Positions 8,147 to 18,070 are shown, counted from the stretch's first letter. The stretch: DNA of 33,380 bases from Nitrospirota bacterium (GCA_040754455.1 JBFMCP010000036.1:1-33380), one strand, 5' to 3'. The notes: generated from the letters alone by a model not told the origin. Program-made: numbers and translations.

Positions 8147-9397
8147 ATGAATAAGAGAAACATTATCATTATCGCTGCTGCAATCGGCCTCATAGCAGGA
8201 ATTCTCTTCGCAGCGTTTTCAAAAACGGGTTCACGTTTTCTTAATAAATCCGTTCAGGAGAAAACAGTGCAGACGACTCCTGCAGCACCTCCGGCTGCAG
8301 GACACCAGGGGCATGGAGGGGGAGCACCACCTCCTCCGTCTTCCGAAGCGTCGGCACAGGAACAGGTTGCCGGAGAGGAGCCACAGACCATCGAGATCCC
8401 ACCCGAAAAGCAACAGCTGATCGGCGTCAAGGTCGTCACCGCAGCAGTGAAGCCGCTCAAGAAGACGATCAGGACGGTAGGCCGTGTCGAATACGACGAG
8501 CGGAAAGTCGCCACCATCAACACCAAAATCGAGGGCTGGATCGAACGGCTCCACGTGAATTACACCGGCAGGTTCGTGAAGAAAGGAGAGCCCCTCGCCG
8601 AGATCTACAGCCCCGAGCTTGTGGCGACACAGAGAGAATATCTGAATGTGTTGAGGTGGGCGCAGCAGGGTACCCGCGGGGGGAGCGAGACCTCGGGGAC
8701 ATTAAGCAAAATGTTCACACGGGATGCCGAAGCGATGCGCGAGGCTGCAAAACAACGTTTGAAGCTCTGGGATATCACCGAATCACAAATCAAGAAAATC
8801 GAGACGACCGGAACGCCGATCCGTACCCTTGCGATCTACAGCCCGGTCAGCGGGTATGTGGTGCAGAAGATGGCGCTCCAGGGGATGCGGGTGATGCCTG
8901 GTGAGAAGCTCTTCGATATCGCCGACCTCTCGACGGTATGGGTGATAGCCGATATCTATGAGTACGAATTGCCTTTGATAAAAACGGGCGAGTCAGCTGC
9001 CATCACGTTAAGCTATTTTCCTGATAAGGTTCTTCATTCGAAAATCGACTTCATCTATCCTGTGCTCGCCGGAGAGACGAGGACCGCCAAAGTGCGGTTC
9101 GTCATCCCCAACCCCGGAGGCCAACTCAAGCCACAGATGTTCACCAATGTCGAGCTGCACATTGACATCGGCAATAAACTGGTAATCCCCGATGATGCGA
9201 TCATCAACACCGGAACGCGGCGGATCGTGTATGTCGACAAGGGTGAAGGATATTTCGAGCCGAGGGATATCACGGCAGGAATAAGCGCTGAAGGAATGAC
9301 CGAAGTGGTACGCGGACTCAAGGCAGGCGAAAAGGTCGCGGCCTCGGCAACCTTCCTCATTGACTCTGAGGCACGGCTGAAAGGCATCGTTAAATAA
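8147..9397 (+). CDS. cusB: RND efflux periplasmic adaptor, CusB-like
   Basis: Start moved to ATG 8147 (SD AAGGA). N-terminal TM, GWIERLHVNYTG, YSPELVATQREY, LKPQMF, FLIDSE; stop overlaps the cusA start. Confidence 0.85.
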   Translation: MNKRNIIIIAAAIGLIAGILFAAFSKTGSRFLNKSVQEKTVQTTPAAPPAAGHQGHGGGAPPPPSSEASAQEQVAGEEPQTIEIPPEKQQLIGVKVVTAAVKPLKKTIRTVGRVEYDERKVATINTKIEGWIERLHVNYTGRFVKKGEPLAEIYSPELVATQREYLNVLRWAQQGTRGGSETSGTLSKMFTRDAEAMREAAKQRLKLWDITESQIKKIETTGTPIRTLAIYSPVSGYVVQKMALQGMRVMPGEKLFDIADLSTVWVIADIYEYELPLIKTGESAAITLSYFPDKVLHSKIDFIYPVLAGETRTAKVRFVIPNPGGQLKPQMFTNVELHIDIGNKLVIPDDAIINTGTRRIVYVDKGEGYFEPRDITAGISAEGMTEVVRGLKAGEKVAASATFLIDSEARLKGIVK

Positions 9398-12300
9398 TGA
9401 TCGCAAAAATCATCGAGTACAGTGCGCGGAACAAGTTCATCATCTTCCTGCTCGTCTTCTTTCTCGCTGCCTGGGGGTACTGGTCGCTCAAGAAGACGCC
9501 GCTCGACGCCATTCCGGATTTAAGCGACACGCAGGTCATCATCTTTACCGAATGGGAGGGGAGGAGCCCTGACCTCATCGAGGACCAGATCACCTATCCT
9601 ATTACTTCTACACTCCTTGCCGCGCCGAACGTCCAGGTAGTGCGCGGCTTCTCATTCCTGGGGAGCTCGTTCATCTATGTCATCTTCGAAGAGGGTACGA
9701 ATATCTACTGGGCGCGGAGCAGGGTGCTCGAGTATCTACAGGCAGTGAAGAACAAACTTCCCGCCGACGTCAACCCTGTGCTCGGCCCCGATGCAACAAG
9801 CGTGGGATGGGGGTTCTCCTATGCTGTGGTCGACGAGACAGGGCAACATACTCTCGCCGATCTCCGCTCGGTGCAAGATTGGAACATAAAACTTGCCCTC
9901 GAAAGCGTTCCCGGCGTCTCGCAGGTGGCGAGCATCGGCGGGTTCGTCAAACAGTACCAGATCGTCATTGACCCGAACCGCCTCCTTGCCTACAATCTTG
10001 CGCTCGATACCGTGATGAATGCCATAAAGAGGAGCAACAAGGACGTCGAGGGCCGGGTACTCGAATTCTCCGGGGTCGAATACATGGTGAGGGGAAGAGG
10101 ATATGTCAGGAACATAAAGGACCTCGAGAATATCCCTGTTGCTTCGAGCGGTGCGGGAACCGCCGTCTTTCTGCGCGATGTCGCAAAGGTGCAGCTCGGC
10201 CCTGAGATCAGGAGAGGGCTTGCTGAGCTCGACGGCAAAGGTGAAGTGGCCGGAGGCATCGTCGTCGTCCGCTTCGGTGAAAATGTGCTCAATGTAATCG
10301 AACGCGTTAAAGAGAAAATAAAGAATGATATTGCGCCGAGCCTGCCCAAGGGCATGAAGATCATCACCACCTATGACCGCTCCGACCTGATCCACCGCTC
10401 GATTGATACCCTGAAGGAAGAGATTCTCAGACTTTCAATTGCCGTGAGTGTTGTCTGCGCGGTCTTCCTTTTTCATCTGCCCAGCGCACTGGTCGTTATC
10501 CTTACGCTGCCGTTTGCCATCATTATTTCTTTCGTGTTGATGTACTACCTCGGTGTTACGTCCAACATCATGAGCCTGAGCGGCATCGCGATCGCCATCG
10601 GCGCCATGGTGGACGCATCGATCATTATGGTGGAGAATGCCCACAAAAAACTCGAGGAGTGGGAACATGCTGGCAGACCGGACAGTCGCACCGAGGTTAT
10701 CATCGTGGCGGCAAAGGAAGTAGGCCCTTCCCTCTTTTTCTCCCTGCTCGTCATCACCGTCGGCTTTCTGCCGGTCTTTACGCTCCAGGCACAGGCAGGA
10801 AGGCTCTTCAAGCCGCTGGCGTATACAAAGACCTTCGCCATGCTCTTTTCCTCCTTCCTCGCGGTGACGCTGACGCCGGTGCTGATGACCCTCTTCATCC
10901 GCGGGAAGATCAGACCTGAAGATAAAAATCCGATAAGCACCATTCTCCGTAAGATATACGAACCCTTCGCAAAGCTCGCGCTCCGCTTTAAGTGGGGCGT
11001 CATCATCCTCGCACTAATTATCATGGCGTTGACCGCTTATCCCTATATGAAGCTCGGTTCCGAGTTCATGCCGCCGCTCTATGAGGGGACGCTTTTCTAT
11101 ATGCCGGTGACCGTGCCCGCCGCCTCGATTACCGAGGTATCGAAGCTGCTCCAGATGCAGGACAAGCTCCTGAAGACAATCCCTGAAGTGGAGCAGGTCT
11201 TCGGCAAGGCAGGACGCGCCGAAACCGCCACCGACCCGGCGCCGCTCGAAATGTTCGAGACGATCATCAATCTCAAGCCTGAATCCCAATGGCGTCCGGG
11301 GATGACCGTTGAGCAGTTGAAGAACGAGATGAATGATGTACTCACCATACCAGGAGTGGCAAACTCCTTCACCATGCCGATCAAGGCCCGTACCGATATG
11401 CTCTCCACCGGCATAAGGACGCCCGTCGGGATCAAGGTCATGGGCTCGAACCTCGAGGAAATCGAACGCATCGGATTGGAAATTGAAACTCTCCTCAAAG
11501 ATATCCCGGGCACGCGGAGCGTCTATGCCGAGCGGGTGACCACCGGCTATTTTCTCGACTTTACGGTAAAGCGCGACGAGGCAGCGCGGTACGGACTCAC
11601 CGTCGATGATGTCCAGGAGGTTATTCAGTCCGCGATCGGCGGTATGAACCTCACCACGACCATTGAGGGAAGAGAGCGCTATCCTGTAAATGTTCGTTAT
11701 CAGCGCGATTTCAGAAGCGACATCGAACAGCTCAAACGTGTATTTGTACCGATCATGATGCAGGGAAGGAATGCACCGTCCGGTCAGGGTATGCCGGGAG
11801 GCCGGGGAGCGTCTTCCGTCACGGCGTCGACACTCGCTGCGCCGACAGCTCCCTACTCTCTTACGGCCGTGCCGGCCTCTCTCCAGGTTCCCATCGGTGA
11901 GCTCGCCGACATAAGGATCGTCCGCGGACCTACGGGGATCAAAAGCGAAGAGGGCCTGCTCGCCTCGTATGTCTTTATCGACTTTACCGGCAGGGATATA
12001 GGCAGCTATGTCGAAGAGGCGAAGAAAAAAGTCGCCTCCTTGAAAATACCCGAAGGCTACCGCCTGGAGTGGAGCGGAGAATACGAGTACCTGGTAAAAA
12101 CACAAGAGCGGCTCAAGATCGTCATACCGCTCACGATCCTGATCATCTTCGTGCTGATCTTCATGAATACCAAGTCGGTGACGAAGACCTTCATCGTGCT
12201 TCTGGCCGTGCCTTTCTCGCTCGTCGGCTCGTTCTGGCTCCTCTATATCCTCGGTTACAACATGAGCATTGCCGTATGGGTCGGCATCATCGCCCTCGCG

Positions 12301-12642
12301 GGACTTGATGCCGAGACCGGCGTGGTCATGCTCCTCTATCTCGAGCTTGCCTACGATCAATGGAAGAAGGAGGGAAGGCTCAAAGGCATTGCCGATCTCA
12401 AGGAGGCGATCATGCACGGCGCGGTGAAGAGGATACGGCCCAAGATCATGACGGTAAGCGTTATCCTCGCCGGTCTGATCCCGATCATGTTCAGCCACGG
12501 CACCGGTGCGGATGTGATGAAACGCATCGCGGCCCCCATGGTCGGCGGCGTCATCACCTCGACCATCCTCGAACTGATCATCTATCCTGCGATCTATCTG
12601 ATCTGGAAACAGCGGGAGTTAAAAAAACAACCTGGTGCATAG
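9397..12642 (+). CDS. cusA: CusA/CzcA-family heavy-metal RND permease, Cu(I)/Ag(I) type
   Basis: DAIPDLSDTQVI, GPDAT, AIGAMVDA. Met-triad contexts FYMP, APLEM and RTDML match those of E. coli CusA; RIRPKIMT. Confidence 0.93.
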   Translation: MIAKIIEYSARNKFIIFLLVFFLAAWGYWSLKKTPLDAIPDLSDTQVIIFTEWEGRSPDLIEDQITYPITSTLLAAPNVQVVRGFSFLGSSFIYVIFEEGTNIYWARSRVLEYLQAVKNKLPADVNPVLGPDATSVGWGFSYAVVDETGQHTLADLRSVQDWNIKLALESVPGVSQVASIGGFVKQYQIVIDPNRLLAYNLALDTVMNAIKRSNKDVEGRVLEFSGVEYMVRGRGYVRNIKDLENIPVASSGAGTAVFLRDVAKVQLGPEIRRGLAELDGKGEVAGGIVVVRFGENVLNVIERVKEKIKNDIAPSLPKGMKIITTYDRSDLIHRSIDTLKEEILRLSIAVSVVCAVFLFHLPSALVVILTLPFAIIISFVLMYYLGVTSNIMSLSGIAIAIGAMVDASIIMVENAHKKLEEWEHAGRPDSRTEVIIVAAKEVGPSLFFSLLVITVGFLPVFTLQAQAGRLFKPLAYTKTFAMLFSSFLAVTLTPVLMTLFIRGKIRPEDKNPISTILRKIYEPFAKLALRFKWGVIILALIIMALTAYPYMKLGSEFMPPLYEGTLFYMPVTVPAASITEVSKLLQMQDKLLKTIPEVEQVFGKAGRAETATDPAPLEMFETIINLKPESQWRPGMTVEQLKNEMNDVLTIPGVANSFTMPIKARTDMLSTGIRTPVGIKVMGSNLEEIERIGLEIETLLKDIPGTRSVYAERVTTGYFLDFTVKRDEAARYGLTVDDVQEVIQSAIGGMNLTTTIEGRERYPVNVRYQRDFRSDIEQLKRVFVPIMMQGRNAPSGQGMPGGRGASSVTASTLAAPTAPYSLTAVPASLQVPIGELADIRIVRGPTGIKSEEGLLASYVFIDFTGRDIGSYVEEAKKKVASLKIPEGYRLEWSGEYEYLVKTQERLKIVIPLTILIIFVLIFMNTKSVTKTFIVLLAVPFSLVGSFWLLYILGYNMSIAVWVGIIALAGLDAETGVVMLLYLELAYDQWKKEGRLKGIADLKEAIMHGAVKRIRPKIMTVSVILAGLIPIMFSHGTGADVMKRIAAPMVGGVITSTILELIIYPAIYLIWKQRELKKQPGA

Positions 12643-12645
12643 GGA

Positions 12646-12716
12646 AATCGGTGAATCGGTGAGTCGGCAAGTTGAAATATTTATAATCAATCATTCCTTC
12701 ACCTGTTCACCGCTTT
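12646..12716. repeat. 8-nt tandem repeats arranged as an inverted pair between convergent genes
   Basis: AATCGGTG x2 plus AGTCGGCA (12646-12669), an AT-rich spacer, then TTCACCTG TTCACCGC (12698-12713). Confidence 0.6.
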
Positions 12717-13486
12717 CACAGCGATTGATTTGACAGCGGCATAAACAGAGAGTCCGGAATATCGGGATTTATGGTATAGGTCTCGATCACCGTCTCGGCT
12801 ATTTTCAACCCACCGGCAAAATTGGTGACCTTAAAAGGGAATACTCTTCCATCAACCTTTTTAAAATCCGAGAACTCGGCAGAGAGGCTTGTTGTTTTGT
12901 CTCCTGCTTTAAAATAACCGACAACCTTAATGATATAGGAGGTACGTGTATCGATATAGGTTTCAATAACTGCGCCCTCATTATCGGCCATAGTGAATTT
13001 TTCGACATCGTTTCCGTACAGCGAGCTGTACGTTGCATCTCTCCCGCCCGGGCGTATCTGATAGGCTCCCCGCACCAAATCGTAGAGCAGGTTGAGGTGC
13101 TTATACTGGTACAACATCGAAAGATAGCGGGGCCCCGACACCTCTTCGAGAGCGTGGCGGTCCGAAGTTCTGTAGCCTCTGGTGCCATTGAGGATTCTCC
13201 GTTCCCACGAATCACCATACCTGGTTTCGACAAAGAGCTTTCTGTCCCTCTTGAACTGCACCTCATAAACCCCTTGTTTACCTGACATGCGCGTTGTAAT
13301 GGTACCCCTGGCGCGAAGCGTATGGATGTTCCCGATCGCCTCTTTACCGCCGTAGGCTTCAATCACGTTATTGATGACCGCTGCGACCCTTCCGGCCTCA
13401 TCGGCCATTTCACCGCCGAAGGAGGGGACAACGCCACCGACGATACCGATGGAAAAAAACATCCAAACGTACAAAAGACGATTCAT
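12716..13486 (-). CDS. Exported hypothetical protein, possibly LolA-like/lipoprotein-sorting fold
   Basis: SD AAGGAG; signal peptide; IEAYGGKEA, FSDFKKVDG..FPF and INPDIPDSLF patterns seen in LolA-like periplasmic proteins. Confidence 0.65.
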   Translation of the reverse strand: MNRLLYVWMFFSIGIVGGVVPSFGGEMADEAGRVAAVINNVIEAYGGKEAIGNIHTLRARGTITTRMSGKQGVYEVQFKRDRKLFVETRYGDSWERRILNGTRGYRTSDRHALEEVSGPRYLSMLYQYKHLNLLYDLVRGAYQIRPGGRDATYSSLYGNDVEKFTMADNEGAVIETYIDTRTSYIIKVVGYFKAGDKTTSLSAEFSDFKKVDGRVFPFKVTNFAGGLKIAETVIETYTINPDIPDSLFMPLSNQSL

Positions 13487-13577
13487 ATGACACTCCTTTA
13501 CACCATTACTGTCTATTATGCTGCCGGGAAGGGCATACCGAGAGCTAAGAGAATTTCAGAGGGGAAGGACGTAGCAA

Positions 13578-13973
13578 TCACTGGCTCTTCTGATTCAGCC
13601 TTCTGAGAACAGCGGTAAGCTTCTGGCAGAGCACTTCGGCATTGAGCGGTTTTACGATGTAATCGGTAACCCCTGTGTTTATGGCATCGAGAATGGACTC
13701 TTTTTCCCTCTTCGCAGTGACCATAATAAAAGGAATATCCTTGACGGGAGGGGTGCTCCGTACCCATTTCAAGAGATCGCTCCCGCTCATCTCGGGCATT
13801 TCCCAATCGCACAAGACCACATCGAAGCGCGCTGCTTCGAGTTTTTGCTGCGCCTCTTTTCCGTTGCTCGCATCATAGACTTCAACGGAGGGGAACGACT
13901 CGGTGATGGCTGCTTTAATGAACTCCCGCATCATGTGCGAGTCGTCAACGACCAGAAGCATGTATTTTCCCAA
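13578..13973 (-). CDS. Single-domain response regulator (CheY-like)
   Basis: LVVDD, CDWEMPEMSG (phospho-Asp), MVT, YIVKP; TTG start with SD GGGAGG. Confidence 0.9.
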   Translation of the reverse strand: MGKYMLLVVDDSHMMREFIKAAITESFPSVEVYDASNGKEAQQKLEAARFDVVLCDWEMPEMSGSDLLKWVRSTPPVKDIPFIMVTAKREKESILDAINTGVTDYIVKPLNAEVLCQKLTAVLRRLNQKSQ

Positions 13974-14019
13974 TCCGCTCCTCCCTTTATATCTATGTTG
14001 TTATCGATGCAAGGCTGTC

Positions 14020-14048
14020 AGTTTAGCAATCGTCCCGCTCTTTGTCAA
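14020..14048 (-). promoter_or_regulatory. Sigma70 promoter for the response regulator
   Basis: TTGACA-17 nt-TAAACT on the minus strand, with TG preceding the -10. Confidence 0.65.
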
Positions 14049-14059
14049 TAGTGTTTTTA

Positions 14060-15688
14060 CTATCTTTTCTTGAAGAGACTTCCGATTCCCTTGCCGATAC
14101 CGATGACTCCCTTGCCGACCTGCTGCACTCCTTTGGCGCCGAGGCCGATAACGGTCTTCCCCGCATCAACGACGGTGAGGCCGAGACTTTTGGCGAGGCT
14201 GACGGCAATCCGCCGGGCAAAGTTTTCCTTTATATCAAATTGAGGATCATCAAGACTTCCGGTGACTACAAAGGCAAGGGCGATCTCGTTGTTGCCTGAC
14301 TTCAAAAGCCGTATCACCATTGATCGCGGCGCTCCCAAAAACTTATCACCGTACCCCTTACCCGTAGCAAAGGCGATATCTCTCAGCACCGCACTGCCGG
14401 GCGCATTGAGGGCCCGTGAGCGCACGTTAAGATCCATCGATATTCCCAGCGTACCCCGTACGGTGTCTGCGTCGCCCTCTTTCCGGTAATACGGTTTGAA
14501 CCCGGTGATATCCAGTCCATTCAACACTACTTTTGCATCCGTATCGAGGGTTTTGCAGTTCGTCTTTCCCTCCCATCTGAGGGTGGCGGTGCTCAGTTTT
14601 CCCGGTATCCGCGCTGCAAAGGCGTACCTTGTCCACCGGTTTTCGAAGGGAACAGTGAAATCGGTGATCTTCCACGTGATTGCCTCAAGACGTACCGGAT
14701 GCGGCGGCTGTGCGATCTTGCCATCGAGATAAAGCACCTCGCCGTCGTTGATAGTGATTTTTTTCATAAGAACACTGAGGCCGTTTTTATTGCTGTTGCC
14801 GTTCTTTCCGTTGCCGTTTCCCCCCAGCAGGTGCAGCGGGTCGACAATATCGCCCTTCCTGTCGGTCTCTATCCGCACAAAGGGCCTTGTCATGGCCAGA
14901 TCGGGAATGATGTAGCGCTTCGGTGATTCCTTTGATGACGCAATCGCAAAGATGATATTCGCCGCCCGCATCGCAGGGCCTTTTTCGTTCATATCGAAAA
15001 GAGCGAGGTTTTTTATCTTCGTGGTAAGGTCCAGCCCGCCTGTCTTCACGTTGATTTTACCGCTGCACGCCAGCTCGCCCGAAACCAACCTCCCCCTGAA
15101 GAGTGCCGACACCTCAATTTTTGCGCTACCGGATGGAAGGGGATAGGAAAAGCCGTCGAGTGCGATAGAGCGATTTTCCATGGTGATGGTATTATAGGAA
15201 TCAGAAAGACGCTCATCCTTCAGATACAGTTCACCGCCGTTGATGCGTATACGGTGTATGTCGAATGCAGGCACAACAGTACCCGAGGTGCCCTTCTCTT
15301 TTCTCTCTCCGGATGCAAAGGGATTTACGAAATTGCCCTCTTTATCAATGGTAAGATGCACCCGGGGGTTTTCAGCAATAAGACTCCCTACAGAATAGTT
15401 TCTTTTGAAGACAATGCCGATCAGATCGGCCCGTATGGTGAGCCTGTCGATTACAATCGAATCCCTGCCACCCTTCCTGAATCTTAAGCCGTAAGCATCC
15501 ACTCCACGCAGCCCGACCGAAATGCGCTCGACGGAAAAATTACTCCCCATCGCTTTTTCGAGCTCGCGCTTGAGGATCTTATTTGCATTGATGATTACAA
15601 GGGTGACTGCCAGGACAACAACGATCGCAACCGAAAGGGCGACAACAACCCTTTTCCGTCTCTTCTGCATGACTGTTAATTGTACCAT
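14060..15688 (-). CDS. AsmA-like / DUF748-domain envelope protein
   Basis: N-terminal basic stretch plus TM anchor. Two repeated beta-rich modules (RIRINGGELYLKD / KITINDGEVLYLD); C-terminal VTGSLDDPQF. Confidence 0.75.
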   Translation of the reverse strand: MVQLTVMQKRRKRVVVALSVAIVVVLAVTLVIINANKILKRELEKAMGSNFSVERISVGLRGVDAYGLRFRKGGRDSIVIDRLTIRADLIGIVFKRNYSVGSLIAENPRVHLTIDKEGNFVNPFASGERKEKGTSGTVVPAFDIHRIRINGGELYLKDERLSDSYNTITMENRSIALDGFSYPLPSGSAKIEVSALFRGRLVSGELACSGKINVKTGGLDLTTKIKNLALFDMNEKGPAMRAANIIFAIASSKESPKRYIIPDLAMTRPFVRIETDRKGDIVDPLHLLGGNGNGKNGNSNKNGLSVLMKKITINDGEVLYLDGKIAQPPHPVRLEAITWKITDFTVPFENRWTRYAFAARIPGKLSTATLRWEGKTNCKTLDTDAKVVLNGLDITGFKPYYRKEGDADTVRGTLGISMDLNVRSRALNAPGSAVLRDIAFATGKGYGDKFLGAPRSMVIRLLKSGNNEIALAFVVTGSLDDPQFDIKENFARRIAVSLAKSLGLTVVDAGKTVIGLGAKGVQQVGKGVIGIGKGIGSLFKKR

Positions 15689-15818
15689 GATCTGCTTTGT
15701 TCTTTCAGCACGCAGACAGCGATGTGTATGATATCACTTTCATTTTTATCGGCGGCAGGGCCCGGCACTTTAGGGAAAACATTCTCGTATCTGATAGAAT
15801 ACGGGAGAGGATACGATT

Positions 15819-16763
15819 TTGAACGAGCCCCCTTTTAACGCATCGGATTTGCCGTTAGTAGACGGAAAAGTCTACCACCTCGGCCTCCGTCCCGAAGAGA
15901 TCGCAAAGGATATTATTATTGTCGGCGATCCTGAGCGTGTCCCGTTTATCGCCGAAGAATTTTTCATTTCGAGAGAGCTCGATGTATCCAACAGGGGACT
16001 CAGGACGATCACCGGCATTGTCAGGGAGACAGGGCAGCGTGTTTCGATTACGACCTCCGGAATGGGAACCCCCTCCCTCGAAATTGTGCTCAACGAGATC
16101 GTTGCCCTGCACGAGATAGATTTTCGCACCGTAAGGCGCAAAGAGCGTTTCGACAGGATGACCATCATTCGCGTCGGCACTTCGGGAGGCATACAGCCCG
16201 ATACGGACATCGGTACGCTGATCATTACCGATTATGTCGCCGGACTCGACAACACCGGTCACTTCTATAATGCTCCCCATTACGACTTGAAAAGCAGTGT
16301 TCTCGAAGAGAGGATCAGACGCGCCATCGACAGCGCCATCCAGAAGGGCTCTCGCTTTAAAGGCATGATATTTCCCTATGCGGCACGAGCGGATCAGGAG
16401 GTGGTCAAGGCCCTTGAGCAAGAGTCACAGAGGCTCGGCATAGCATATAAAAAAGGGATTACCGTCTCGAATGCAGGGTTCTTTGCCAATCAGGGTCGGT
16501 CGGTGTCAAGAATCCCTCTCACTGTTCCCGATATCGATAACGTCCTCTCTTCGGTGGATACCGGCATCGAAGGGCTCAGGATCGAAAACCTCGAAATGGA
16601 AGCAAGTTTTTTGCTCCATTTCATGACCGCCCTCGGACATAGGGCAGGCGTGATATGTCCGGTTATCGACAAGCGGAAAGAGGAAAAATTCGCGACGAGG
16701 TATGCACGGCATGTGCAGGATGCGGCGCAGATCGCGCTGCGGGCACTCAATGTCGTGCGATGA
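15819..16763 (+). CDS. Nucleoside (uridine) phosphorylase family protein
   Basis: YHLGL, VGDPERV, GMGTPS, IIRVGTSGG, NLEME; TTG start with SD GGGAGAGG. Confidence 0.85.
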   Translation: MNEPPFNASDLPLVDGKVYHLGLRPEEIAKDIIIVGDPERVPFIAEEFFISRELDVSNRGLRTITGIVRETGQRVSITTSGMGTPSLEIVLNEIVALHEIDFRTVRRKERFDRMTIIRVGTSGGIQPDTDIGTLIITDYVAGLDNTGHFYNAPHYDLKSSVLEERIRRAIDSAIQKGSRFKGMIFPYAARADQEVVKALEQESQRLGIAYKKGITVSNAGFFANQGRSVSRIPLTVPDIDNVLSSVDTGIEGLRIENLEMEASFLLHFMTALGHRAGVICPVIDKRKEEKFATRYARHVQDAAQIALRALNVVR

Positions 16764-16796
16764 GCGGAAGAGGGCCAGACGCGCATGTCCCGTATT

Positions 16797-17189
16797 TCAT
16801 TTCTCAAAAGTATCGAGTTTCACGGTATTCTGTGAGGCGATAGCATCGACCAGCAGCAGGAGGTATTCGATATCCTCCGCAGCCCTTTTCAATGCTTCTT
16901 CATAATCGGTGAAATCGATCTGTGCGGAATGGGGGAAGGTCTTTATTGTTTCGAGCCGTGTCCTGATCGCCAGCAGCTTCGGGCTCAGCCCTGAGAAGAG
17001 GTCATGCCACTCGATATCCAGCAGCTGCATGATAGCGAGCAGTTCATCGAGCGACAGGGGGACTTTGCCGATCTCCTTTTTGGAATAGCTGGTCCTGTCG
17101 ATTCCTAATTCTTCGGCAATACGACCCTGCTTGATTCCTTTTGCCTTTCTGATTTCCCTGATCTTTTTGAGAACCTGATTCACCCTCAC
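16797..17189 (-). CDS. XRE-family HTH transcriptional regulator
   Basis: IREIRKAKGIKQGRIAEELGIDRTSYSKKEIG is an HTH_3 pattern; GTG start with SD GGGG. Confidence 0.85.
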   Translation of the reverse strand: MRVNQVLKKIREIRKAKGIKQGRIAEELGIDRTSYSKKEIGKVPLSLDELLAIMQLLDIEWHDLFSGLSPKLLAIRTRLETIKTFPHSAQIDFTDYEEALKRAAEDIEYLLLLVDAIASQNTVKLDTFEK

Positions 17190-17231
17190 CGATTCCCCGT
17201 AGATAACAAAACCGTAAAGAGCTCTGCGCTT

Positions 17232-17265
17232 ACGTTACTCAAAAATAGTGTTATTTGTCAAATAA
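17232..17265 (-). promoter_or_regulatory. Sigma70 promoter of the XRE gene with an overlapping palindromic operator
   Basis: TTGACA (17261-17256)-18 nt-TAACGT (17237-17232). Perfect IR TTATTTG-T-CAAATAA at 17251-17265 covers the -35. Confidence 0.6.
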
Positions 17266-17337
17266 TTAAGAGCCTCCACCAGGTGGAAAAGACCGGCGGG
17301 GGTGATCGGAGAGGACGTATGGAAGAGCAGGCGCACC

Positions 17338-17369
17338 AAAAAAAGGGGCACCCTTACGGAATGCCCCTT
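17338..17369 (-). terminator. Rho-independent terminator after the thioredoxin-TPR gene
   Basis: Minus strand AAGGGGCATTCC-GTAA-GGGTGCCCC-T7. Confidence 0.85.
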
Positions 17370-17395
17370 CAGAATTCCCGGCTCCTGAATTCTGT

Positions 17396-17989
17396 TTATA
17401 CCTCCGCGTACGCGGGTATTTGTGAATAAGGCTGTGCACGTCGCGCCCATTCGCTCTGCGGATATTTCGCCGCAAGCGCGTCATAGATCCTGCGGAGCGC
17501 GGCGGCATCATGGTAGCGTTTGTATTCGGCGACTCCCCGGTAATACACCGCTTCAGGAGCTATCCCCGCATCCGGATACTGCTCGACAATGCCCCTGAAG
17601 GCTTCTATTGATTTGATCAGGTGGTCGCCGTCAAAGAGGACCTTCCCTTTTCCGAACATAAGGTGGGGAATAAGATCATTGACCGGAACAAACCCCACCA
17701 TCCGGTGATGCTCCCTTCCCTCCTTGTCATGGATGATGAGTGTCGGCGTCCATTTGATGGTAAACCGTTCCATGAGCTCGCTCTGCTTGTCCCAGAAGAC
17801 CTGGGTCTTGAGCGGTATGAATTGCTCCTGAACAAAGGCCTGGAATTGCTCATTTGAATACGGACCCGCATTCATGGCGTTGCAGCCCGCTCACCCTTCG
17901 AACCAGAAATCATGGTACACCGGCTTCCCCTCTTTTTTCGCCCGTGTGACTGCCGATGCAAAGTCACGCTCCCATTGAATCTCTGCCAT
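17396..17989 (-). CDS. Thioredoxin-fold plus TPR-like selenoprotein (197 aa, Sec33 in U-A-G-C)
   Basis: SD GGGGAGGTGA and ATG 17989 give MAEIQWERDFASAVTRAKKEGKPVYHDFWFEG-[TGA 17893-17891]-AGCNA, continuing in frame into the 159-aa ORF. WTPT cis-Pro loop; helical APEAVYYRG/YPQSEWA C-terminus; SECIS-like hairpin. Confidence 0.85.
17855..17874 (-). promoter_or_regulatory. Bacterial SECIS-like hairpin
   Basis: UGAAUGCG-GGUC-CGUAUUCA: 8-bp stem (one G.U), 4-nt loop beginning GGU, loop starting 24 nt after the in-frame UGA. Confidence 0.75.
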
Positions 17990-18070
17990 AATCGGTCACC
18001 TCCCCTCGTTTATGTACTCACTCCATATTACTTTTTACCACAAAAAGAATATGCAATCAACAGGGCATTG

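Noticed and set aside
17319..17429. 36-codon plus-strand ORF with a GGAGAGG SD (MEEQAHQKKG...)
   Set aside because: It runs through the opposite-strand terminator and overlaps the selenoprotein 3' end; no supporting promoter or motif.
17891..17893. Thioredoxin gene as a nonsense pseudogene
   Set aside because: The TGA falls exactly on the catalytic Cys position, both halves look intact and a SECIS-like hairpin follows, so Sec recoding is the better explanation.
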